From a virus, in IMG/VR virus record IMGVR_UViG_3300044970_000539, positions 41,136 through 105,135 of that record: 64,000 nt of DNA; one strand, 5' to 3'. Each line of letters begins with the position of its first letter. The first letter of the stretch is position 1. This document shows, one piece after another, positions 28,310 through 36,139 of this stretch. A model generated the notes under the pieces. That model saw nothing but the letters and a program-made list of their open reading frames with translations. It did not search any database and was not told the origin of the DNA. Both the position numbers and the translations under genes were made by a program.

Positions 28310-29032
28310 TCATTTCTTTGTTGCTGAGAATACTATGTCACTCTTTGAGTATACACAAAGTGAGCAAGAAACGCAAGCCGAACCCTTAGTGCTAATTAGT
28401 GGTATCTGCTTATTATTCTCAGGACACTTAGCGCCAGGTTTATTTGTTAGGGCTTTCATGTCTGCTTGTCCAATTAGAAAGTTTTTAGCAAGGTATGCTA
28501 ATTTAACTCCATGATCTGTTTTTAATTCCACACCTGTATCTTTATTCTCGCTATCTGTGGAATAGTATAGTGAGAGATTATCAATACCCTTCAACATTAG
28601 GGCGGCACTTTTAACTCTAGTGTAAACCCAGAATTGAATATCAGGATTATTAAGGATGACATGCTTCCATGCGAATGTATAAGTATCGTTAAAGAAGTCT
28701 CCGTCCCAATGGATACGGAATAGCATAGGGGCTTCACGCTTTACACAATCAGCCTTGAAGTCTTTTATCATATCTTCAAGCAATGCTTCAATAGTATCGT
28801 GATCAGCGTCTTTAACTAATTCCCAATTGTGCAATAGGTTTTTCTTTACTGTTGGGAATACTTTTTCCAATTTGCCAGCATAACAAACACTCTCGCATAC
28901 GCTAGTCGCTCCAGGGCATGAATAAGCCTTTCCTGCGGGTAATCCGAAAGTGTTGGCGATACTTGCTTGTTTTCCATTTGGTGTAACTGCATTTGCTACT
29001 TTCCTATCTTTGCTTCTTAGTAGTTTAGTCAT
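28310..29032 (-). CDS. GP88-family (radical-SAM-like, Cys-cluster) protein
   Basis: FGLPA...CPGA...C...CYA, FRIHWDGDF, FWVYTR, C-terminal CxxCxxC. Confidence 0.8.
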   Translation of the reverse strand: MTKLLRSKDRKVANAVTPNGKQASIANTFGLPAGKAYSCPGATSVCESVCYAGKLEKVFPTVKKNLLHNWELVKDADHDTIEALLEDMIKDFKADCVKREAPMLFRIHWDGDFFNDTYTFAWKHVILNNPDIQFWVYTRVKSAALMLKGIDNLSLYYSTDSENKDTGVELKTDHGVKLAYLAKNFLIGQADMKALTNKPGAKCPENNKQIPLISTKGSACVSCSLCVYSKSDIVFSATKK

Positions 29033-29037
29033 GGTGG

Positions 29038-29178
29038 CTACTCTCTTTCTTTCTTTAATTCTAACATAAGGGACTGACATTTTTTTCTATCGTATTTTTT
29101 CTTATTGGGTACGGCAGAGGCAGCGTTAGACCTACGTAATTCCATAAGCCTACGTAATTCCTCTTTGCTTTTCTTCAT
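29038..29178 (-). CDS. Small basic protein (46 aa)
   Basis: ELRRSNAA...NKKKYDRKK; leaderless after TTGACA-17-TAAGAT. Confidence 0.6.
   Translation of the reverse strand: MKKSKEELRRLMELRRSNAASAVPNKKKYDRKKCQSLMLELKKERE
29058..29079 (-). promoter_or_regulatory. TGTCAG-N10-TANNNT promoter
   Basis: TGTCAG TCCCTTATGT TAGAAT. Confidence 0.7.
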
Positions 29179-29286
29179 ACTTAATCTTAGCAGAATCGTG
29201 GAAAAATGTCAAATCTTACGTAAACACGACACGCCCGACTGCGTTCGAAAATTTTGTGCGGGGAAGCACACAAAATCTTTTTTTAA

Positions 29287-29529
29287 TTATTCGTCAGCGT
29301 CTACGTAAACGTAAAGAGAAACTGATTCATCATACTTAAATTGCACAATGTCTTTGTCACCAAAATCGGTTTTATAAGCAACCGCATAGACATCGCCTGT
29401 TTCATCGGATGCAATTCCAAGTACTTCAACAACCTCACCATCAACCATGATTAGATCTTCAATCATTAGTTGATCTGGTGTTAGGCTATCTGCAAATTTT
29501 AATTCCATATTAGATATTGTAACAGTCAT
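29287..29529 (-). CDS. Hypothetical protein
   Basis: ORF. Confidence 0.65.
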   Translation of the reverse strand: MTVTISNMELKFADSLTPDQLMIEDLIMVDGEVVEVLGIASDETGDVYAVAYKTDFGDKDIVQFKYDESVSLYVYVDADE

Positions 29530-29592
29530 TTTAACGAGCCCCCGCAATCATTAGTAGGAATAAAAAGCAGCCTGCAACAAATAAGAATTCTA

Positions 29593-29913
29593 TCACTCAA
29601 GCCCCAATCCTAACTCATAGCCTGCATCCTCTTCGCCATAGTATTCATCTTGTGGCAACCAAAAATCCAAGTGGTGTTGTTCAATGATAGCCCACGCTGG
29701 TGCATGACTCATGCCTTTATAGAATACGCCTTCTGGCATAGCAATAAATCGCATAGCGTCATTCTCATAGTATGCATCAATAGCATCAATGCAAGGTTGC
29801 ACCATGCTTAGCGGTACTGGTGGATAGTGATTACCTTGCAAGTGATAACCAATAGCCTGTTCAAGTGGTAGATCTAAGTTTGTTGCTAGGTCAATTCCTG
29901 TCATGCTTCCCAT
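29593..29913 (-). CDS. Hypothetical protein (HLQGNHYPPVP family)
   Basis: ORF; TAATG overlap. Confidence 0.75.
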   Translation of the reverse strand: MGSMTGIDLATNLDLPLEQAIGYHLQGNHYPPVPLSMVQPCIDAIDAYYENDAMRFIAMPEGVFYKGMSHAPAWAIIEQHHLDFWLPQDEYYGEEDAGYELGLGLE

Positions 29914-30134
29914 TATCGTGTTGTTACCTTTCCCATGCGGTCAATAATTTTTGTGTGCATTTTGCCTGACGGCTCTGATAAATTAATTGTTGAGTACTCA
30001 TTAGCAAACCCGACATCAACAAAGCGTTGGTATGCTTCCACGGCAGTTAAAGCATCTGAGTAACGACCAACCCAATTAGGCTTAGTGCCTGAGTCATAGG
30101 TTACTGTTATTGAGTATAGGTATTCATTATTCAT
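29913..30134 (-). CDS. Hypothetical protein
   Basis: ORF in operon. Confidence 0.7.
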   Translation of the reverse strand: MNNEYLYSITVTYDSGTKPNWVGRYSDALTAVEAYQRFVDVGFANEYSTINLSEPSGKMHTKIIDRMGKVTTR

Positions 30135-30313
30135 TATGCATTCTCCAATGTGTATTCGTTTAATTCATTACTAGCGTACCATTCGCAATACTCATTTTCA
30201 AGTGTCATGCCTTTAACGCACTCACAAAACTCTGAGTCAAACTCCTCATGACCATTACCAAAAAAGAGGACACCCTCATCATAGCAATCATAGCAATCCC
30301 AATTATTCATTTA

Positions 30314-30523
30314 TTAGTCTCCAATCTTTACTGCAAGTATGCGGTATGTATCTTTTAAGTTAAGTGGTGCTGAGTAGTGGGGGCGTACCTGAACACGATA
30401 AGACTCGCAATCTTGATACCATACATCAGACTTTTCTGCTGAGATAATTTCTCCCGTAAGTGTGCGGGACTTATAAGTTTTTCCTACAAGTAGGTTTTCT
30501 ATTGTATAGACATTTGCTGACAT
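30314..30523 (-). CDS. Hypothetical protein
   Basis: GAGG RBS downstream of promoter. Confidence 0.7.
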   Translation of the reverse strand: MSANVYTIENLLVGKTYKSRTLTGEIISAEKSDVWYQDCESYRVQVRPHYSAPLNLKDTYRILAVKIGD

Positions 30524-30555
30524 TTGCCAACCTCTTTCTTTTTGTTGATAATTCT

Positions 30556-30577
30556 ATCCTACCATAGGGGTCTGACA
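30556..30577 (-). promoter_or_regulatory. TGTCAG-N10-TANNNT promoter
   Basis: TGTCAG ACCCCTATGG TAGGAT. Confidence 0.7.
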
Positions 30578-30781
30578 TTTTCTGTTAGACACGCCCAAAG
30601 GTAATAGACTTTCTTTTATTTATTTTTTCTTACTATGTAAGTCTAGCCTATTAGACAAAAAATCTCAAGTTACTTATGAGTAATCTTAAATAGTGAGACG
30701 CTCAAGCCATGTGACAAATCTCACAAATCTAGCCTGTGGATAACTCTGTGGAAGACACGCCCGAACGGGTCGAAAAAATTT

Positions 30782-30809
30782 AAGCAGTTTGAAATCATGC
30801 TTAGGATTT
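30782..30809 (-). ncRNA. H-type pseudoknot element, copy 6
   Basis: AAATC-CTAAGCAT-GATTT-CAAAC-TGCTT. Confidence 0.7.
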
Positions 30810-30814
30810 TGATT

Positions 30815-30967
30815 TTACTTTTTAAGTCGCTCAGTTCGCAACGCAACCTGCAATCTGCGAATTTCTTTATGTTGCTCAACGTTTTGTTTCCAAAACGCAA
30901 TCATCATTCCAACAGATCCAGCAAGTGCAATTACAATTGCGATAAGTGTTCCAGTGTCTAGAATCAT
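30815..30967 (-). CDS. Single-TM microprotein (50 aa)
   Basis: MILDTGTLIAIVIALAGSVGMMIAFWKQ... Confidence 0.65.
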   Translation of the reverse strand: MILDTGTLIAIVIALAGSVGMMIAFWKQNVEQHKEIRRLQVALRTERLKK

Positions 30968-31149
30968 GCTTTCACCTCAACACCATCAACGCAAGCATCA
31001 TAGAATTTATTTTCATCAAATCTAGGATTATCAGAAGCAAACCATTCGCTAAATTCAAAAACTAATTGGTCAAAATCATTTGAGTCAATGTCATCAACGA
31101 ATTTGTTTAGAATTTTTGCAGTTTCTACATAGTCTTTACGAGTCATCAT
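30964..31149 (-). CDS. Hypothetical protein (MTRKDY...DNPRFD family)
   Basis: ORF in operon. Confidence 0.75.
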   Translation of the reverse strand: MMTRKDYVETAKILNKFVDDIDSNDFDQLVFEFSEWFASDNPRFDENKFYDACVDGVEVKA

Positions 31150-31355
31150 TATTCGGCCACCTTTAGAATTGCATAAGAGCCACCTTCATTGATGTGGTCC
31201 AAGATTGGTTGAAGTTTAGAACCGACTAGGTCCTTGAGCATTGACTCAAGCATTGCAATTTGCATTTCTTTTTCTAGTGCAAGAAGTTGCATTCCTACTG
31301 GATGAGTCTCGTCTACCTCTGTGACGAACTTTAGATTGTGTTCAATTTTTACCAT
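31149..31355 (-). CDS. Hypothetical protein
   Basis: AGGA RBS. Confidence 0.65.
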   Translation of the reverse strand: MVKIEHNLKFVTEVDETHPVGMQLLALEKEMQIAMLESMLKDLVGSKLQPILDHINEGGSYAILKVAE

Positions 31356-31374
31356 GTTTAGTTTTCCTATTCTT

Positions 31375-31572
31375 TTAGTTTGAGTTAGTAAGTGTACGAG
31401 TGCCACGAAGTACGCCACGAACGCCAAGGGCATCACATGACATTTTTACGGATACGCCAACAGGTAATTGTGTTGGGTAAGTTGATACGAATTGAGCAAC
31501 CGCACCACGAGAGGCAAGGTTGATTTTTTTAGTTGAACCTGAAAAGGTTTCTAGTGTAACAGTGTAAGTCAT
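31375..31572 (-). CDS. Hypothetical protein
   Basis: AAGGAAG RBS after promoter. Confidence 0.7.
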   Translation of the reverse strand: MTYTVTLETFSGSTKKINLASRGAVAQFVSTYPTQLPVGVSVKMSCDALGVRGVLRGTRTLTNSN

Positions 31573-31604
31573 TGAGTGACTTCCTTTCTTTAAGTGATAA
31601 GACT

Positions 31605-31627
31605 ATCCTATCATGGGGCACTGACAA
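31605..31627 (-). promoter_or_regulatory. TGTCAG-N10-TANNNT promoter
   Basis: TTGTCAG TGCCCCATGA TAGGAT. Confidence 0.75.
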
Positions 31628-32428
31628 ATTGGGGCACTTATTCGCTAGGCTCACTGTGATACTGGTCACATTTATTTGCTAGGCTCATTGCCTTGTCTGT
31701 CCTTATTTAATTGTTATACTAGAAGTATAGCAAGGAAATGTCAAAAAGTCAAGTCCTGCATGGGCGTGTCGTGTGTGATTTACACCACACCTACCCTGTG
31801 GATAAGCCTGTGGATAACTTTTGTCGAAAATTTTTCAGGGGATCAATCCTGAAAAACTTTTCTATTAACTATGAATTGCAATAACAAAAGCAAAACAAGT
31901 AATTGCGATTAGAATAACTAACATTAGTTTTCCTCAATTTCATTTAGTAGTTCCCATAGCACGGGTTCTAGTGCAAGGGCTGCTTCATCTAACTTTTCTT
32001 GTAAGGTTTTCATTTACTTACCTTCATTCTTTCTAATTATTGCAATGCATTCTCTAATTGCAGTAACGCCATTCTGGTCGCCACGATACTCAATGATTAG
32101 GTTTTCTAATTCACGAATTGTTTTTTCCATTTATGCAATCTCCAATTCGTTATAGTCAATAACCTGAAAGTCATGTCTTTCTAGTGGCATAGCCTTTAGC
32201 CATGATAGTGCAGACTCAAAGTCCTCAGCCTCAATAGTAACCATTAGGTCAAAGTTAAATAGTGTCATTACTTTACCTCCTTGTATAAAAAGTCCCAAGC
32301 CTTACGGCATAACACAATTGATTTGCAATTGTCACAACAGATAACCCCATGAGGGTTAAGGTCTAGGTCATAGACATCTACGCTGGCAGATGTCGCCCCA
32401 CATACTGAGGGGAGATTAACAAAGGTAC

Positions 32429-32629
32429 TCATCTTGTAAGTCCTTCCTTTCCATAAGTGTTAATAAAATCAGGGAGAGCCATTACGCCCTTGTAGTCTTT
32501 ACATCTAGGGCAAAATCTATTCCACCCGTCAAATAGTGTTATGCAAAAAGCGCAAATGTTATCCATAGCGCATAAGCCTTGCTCATCTATAAATTGCATA
32601 GTGTCTAAGAATTGATTAGTCTGGTTCAT
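32429..32629 (-). CDS. Zinc-finger microprotein
   Basis: CAFC...CPRC. Confidence 0.65.
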   Translation of the reverse strand: MNQTNQFLDTMQFIDEQGLCAMDNICAFCITLFDGWNRFCPRCKDYKGVMALPDFINTYGKEGLTR

Positions 32630-32854
32630 TTAGTCACATACCAATCTGTCCACATAGGGAATTGCTCAGGGTCACTATCATAGTAGTAACGCTCAATGTT
32701 TTGTTCACAATCTACGCAGAAAGTGAATTGGTTATCCCCTACCTCGGAGATAGCGGAATACTGAGGATTATGCTCAGTGCATTTTGTTAGTGTAGTCATT
32801 TTGACCTACCTTTCGTTAAGGGATTTCTTTACCCTTGTTTTTCTTTATACTGTA

Positions 32855-32877
32855 AGTGTAGCATGGGGGTCTGACAA
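32855..32877 (-). promoter_or_regulatory. TGTCAG-N10-TANNNT promoter (leftward of a divergent pair)
   Basis: TTGTCAG ACCCCCATGC TACACT. Confidence 0.75.
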
Positions 32878-33094
32878 ATTGCAAACCCAAAATGGTATCA
32901 AAACGGACATTGTGAGGCGTATCACATGAGACATAGGTCACATTTGAATGGTCAAAGATAAAAATGACCATTTTCTACGGCGTGTCGCCTTGACAAAATC
33001 GGGTCGAAAAAAAGTTATCCACAACCCCTGTGTATAAACTATGTGACGGGTATCACAAAAATACTTTCCCGACACGCCCGAAAAACAGGCTAAT

Positions 33095-33117
33095 TTGTCA
33101 GTGGTAGGTGCTAGAAT
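33095..33117 (+). promoter_or_regulatory. TGTCAG-N10-TANNNT promoter (rightward of a divergent pair)
   Basis: TTGTCAG TGGTAGGTGC TAGAAT. Confidence 0.8.
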
Positions 33118-33153
33118 ACTATGTATAAAGATTAACAAAGAAAGGTGTTCCCA

Positions 33154-33559
33154 ATGAATACACTAGAAAGACTAAGAGCAGAACAACAGGCTCGTTACGC
33201 TATTGAGCGTGAAAAGAATAAGGCTAAGATTGAGGCTATGTTTGCCAATAACTCTCGCCCCCTAAACAATGCCCACCTATTAGAAAAGGAGGAAAACTAA
33301 TGAAAACCAATTTTGAGATTACACAAGAGATTAACACTCTTGCTAAGAAACACTATGGTGAGCAAGACCTTGCCTATGTATGGGGTTGCGCTCAAGCGTT
33401 GCTTTCAGTAAGTCAATTAGATTTGATTTTAGGAATACTAAAAGAAAAGGAAACTAATTAATGAACGCTATGTATGCACACACTTGCGAATTCTGCGGTG
33501 ATACGGGTATCATCATTTTCTCTGAAAAAGAGACACGCATAGACCCTTGCAAATGTTAG
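33154..33559 (+). other. Operon of three microproteins (33154-33300, 33300-33461, 33461-33559; the last has CxxC...CxC)
   Basis: TAATG overlaps, RBSs, upstream promoter. Confidence 0.65.
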
Positions 33560-33753
33560 GATAAATCGGTGGCACTAGTGTTAGAATTATTGACGGCACT
33601 AGTGCTAAGATCTTTGCACCCACCACACTAGTGTGCTCACTAATTAAATTATTTATTCTACACAAATGTATGTATCATACACTTATAAAAAATATTCAGA
33701 TTTTGGGGGAAACCCCTTTTATAAAATTTTTCAGATTATGCTATAATTAAAAT

Positions 33754-34083
33754 ATGATTCTTACAGAAAAAGCAAAACAAAAAGTTTCGGAACTCATAGG
33801 AGACTCTCGCATATCTATCCCAGATAGAGAGATCTTCCTAAGAATCTCTGTTCAGCCTGGTGGATGTTCTGGACTTAGATATCAAACCTTCTTTGACTAT
33901 GAAAAGTTAGACGGAGATACGGATTATAACTTTGAAGACTTTACATTAAAGTTAGATAGAATGTCTGTTCCTTATTTACAAGGGGCTACGCTTGATTTCG
34001 TTGACACAATTGAAAAACAAGGTTTTGTACTTGACAATCCCAATGCTCAAGGATCTTGTGCATGCGGAGACAGTTTTAACTAA
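33754..34083 (+). CDS. iscA: Fe-S cluster assembly A-type carrier (IscA/HesB/ErpA)
   Basis: LRISVQPGGCSGLRY, LDF..., NPNAQGSCACGDSF. Confidence 0.93.
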   Translation: MILTEKAKQKVSELIGDSRISIPDREIFLRISVQPGGCSGLRYQTFFDYEKLDGDTDYNFEDFTLKLDRMSVPYLQGATLDFVDTIEKQGFVLDNPNAQGSCACGDSFN

Positions 34084-34247
34084 TTTCGAGGGGAATCAAA
34101 TGGCCATACTAGATAACGTAGACAACAATACATATCCTTTATTTGAGACAGAATCCACATCTCTGGCTGTAAAAATATTTTCAGAAACCTGTTGCAATGG
34201 ATGTTCTTGCAAATCAGAGTCTGATCATATAAAAGAATAACGTTTTG

Positions 34248-35000
34248 TTACTCTTCTAACCTATCTCTAAGGTTTTCTAAAAATCCTTTTTTAGGTTTAT
34301 CACGATCTCTTTGGTTTTTTCTGTAAATTCCAGTTGGTGTAAATCTTGCAAATGTATCGAGCATCTGTAAGTTAAACTTTTTTAATTCTTTTTCATTAGC
34401 ATCTCCTACTTCTAGTTTATGCTTTTCTCTTTTAAACGGGATGTATAAAACAAAAGCCTCTCCAGCCTTTATAACAACCCTTTCTTTGTCGCTATGGAAT
34501 AGTAGTTGCTGATTTAATTCGTGGTGTATATCTGTATCAACAATTCCAGGTAGCACTGTCCAATTTTTATTAAAGTTATAAAATATAGGCAACTGCAATA
34601 CAGACCAACCAGGTTCAGTAATTGCATACCAAGGACATACAGACTTAAATATAAACTCAGATTTAACTCCAAGGTTTGAAGCATCTGTATAATCTAAGAA
34701 TTGTGAGTTTGGATGAATTGACCATTTATCAAAACCAGGAGATGATTTTGCAGAAAAAGAACGAGTCTCTTTATCATAAGCAAGATCTGAGTCCATCCAC
34801 ATGGGCAGAATATATCCTTGTGAAAAATAATCTGGCAATGCAGGACATACCCTAGCAGTACTAACTGGACCGTCCTCTGTATTTACACTTGCAGGCATAG
34901 ATTTAAACCATTCAGGTATAAACGCCTTTGCAGGTTTTGGCCTTGCCCATTCAAGTTCTGATAAACCTGGAACCCTGCTAACAAATCTTATTTTACTCAT
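34248..35000 (-). CDS. Hypothetical protein (family of 18007..18699)
   Basis: IPEWFK, CPALPDYFSQGY, PGIVDTD, YIPFKRE. Confidence 0.7.
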   Translation of the reverse strand: MSKIRFVSRVPGLSELEWARPKPAKAFIPEWFKSMPASVNTEDGPVSTARVCPALPDYFSQGYILPMWMDSDLAYDKETRSFSAKSSPGFDKWSIHPNSQFLDYTDASNLGVKSEFIFKSVCPWYAITEPGWSVLQLPIFYNFNKNWTVLPGIVDTDIHHELNQQLLFHSDKERVVIKAGEAFVLYIPFKREKHKLEVGDANEKELKKFNLQMLDTFARFTPTGIYRKNQRDRDKPKKGFLENLRDRLEE

Positions 35001-35001
35001 C

Positions 35002-35199
35002 TTACCACTTTCCTATAGGACACCTAGCATTAGCCAACATTGATTTAGCAGCCATAAAACAACCACACTTCTTGCATGTTTGGGTTTTTGGTCTAAAGAA
35101 ATCACAACCTTTGCAAATCTCTAATCTATGTGCTGCTACCTCTTCAGGACTTCTAGGAGATCCATTGAATAGATCCCAAGGCTTTACATCATCACTCAT
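35002..35199 (-). CDS. Small Cys-rich protein (paralogue of 53119..53361)
   Basis: RLEICKGC...CKKCGCFM..K......CPIGKW. Confidence 0.75.
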   Translation of the reverse strand: MSDDVKPWDLFNGSPRSPEEVAAHRLEICKGCDFFRPKTQTCKKCGCFMAAKSMLANARCPIGKW

Positions 35200-35224
35200 A
35201 TATCTAGTATATCCTATCTTGCAA

Positions 35225-35965
35225 CTAATCTAGAAGGTTATTTTTTATTTCAAACAAGACTTTTTTATCTAAATCAACATCTTTAAATCGGTTGTACCTA
35301 GAAAACAAAGACTGCCCTCTGCCAAAAAGATGGGTTGAATCAACGCACTTTCTTGAATACTCATACAGTTGCTCATTAATTTTAAACCTTTTTAATACAA
35401 CCTTTTTGTTTGTTTTAAACTCAACATAGAATAAAGGCTCATTATCTTCAAACTTTATCTCTCCCTTATTTTTCCATGTTTGAATTTCAAAAAGATAGGG
35501 TCTAAACCACTTTCCAATATTGAACTCTCCTGGAATTACAGATCCATAGTTTGTATATGTTGGTTTATGAAAATATGGCGGAGTAAAAAATGCATCAACA
35601 GACTCTTCTGAAAAAAAATGATATTGCAGATCAAACAAAAATGTAGGGCCATAAGATAACATCGGGCTCCTATCATTTTTAAAATTATAATAGTTGCCAT
35701 TAACGCTAGAAATAAGTCTTTTTCCATCTGAGAAATCATACCTATATTCGCAATCCATTGTTCCTTTAAATACAAATGTATTTTTTGCTTTGTTAGATAT
35801 TGCAGGGCATGTAAAATAAGAGCCTGTATTTTCTCTTTGTACCTTATTTTCACGCATGTCATCAAATAATGATTTTGGTTTTGGATAGAACAAAGGATTG
35901 TCATTTATTCCTTTACTTGTTGAACTATCGGACCAGTATATGACTATTTCATCTTTTTTTGACAT
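35225..35965 (-). CDS. Hypothetical protein (paralogue of 37463..38236)
   Basis: IYWS, CPA, FFSEE, PG.FNIGKWFRP. Confidence 0.7.
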   Translation of the reverse strand: MSKKDEIVIYWSDSSTSKGINDNPLFYPKPKSLFDDMRENKVQRENTGSYFTCPAISNKAKNTFVFKGTMDCEYRYDFSDGKRLISSVNGNYYNFKNDRSPMLSYGPTFLFDLQYHFFSEESVDAFFTPPYFHKPTYTNYGSVIPGEFNIGKWFRPYLFEIQTWKNKGEIKFEDNEPLFYVEFKTNKKVVLKRFKINEQLYEYSRKCVDSTHLFGRGQSLFSRYNRFKDVDLDKKVLFEIKNNLLD

Positions 35966-36139
35966 TTTACCCTTTCTTTATTTTTAAAGCATACTACAAT
36001 CCATTATAGCCCATATCCAGATATAAGTCCAATGTTTGACACTGTTAGGCATTGTATGCCTTATGTTGTCAAAGAGAGGTTTGTATACTCTATTTTCGGC
36101 TTAACTCGTATCCCGCCGAAATAATGCTATAATGACTAT

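Noticed and set aside
30640-30668. Possible tenth TGTCAG promoter
   Set aside because: The sequence is TGTCTA at the wrong spacing; it fits an ordinary -35/-10 promoter
25574-30809. Repeats considered as a CRISPR array or as hammerhead/HDV-like (theta) ribozymes
   Set aside because: Spacing is irregular with genes in between; no CUGAUGA/GAAA core or HDV double pseudoknot; no cas genes
36035-36073. Inverted repeat TTTGACA...AGGCAT-TGT-ATGCCT...TGTCAAA
   Set aside because: Single occurrence between divergent genes; cannot be distinguished from an ordinary promoter or operator arrangement
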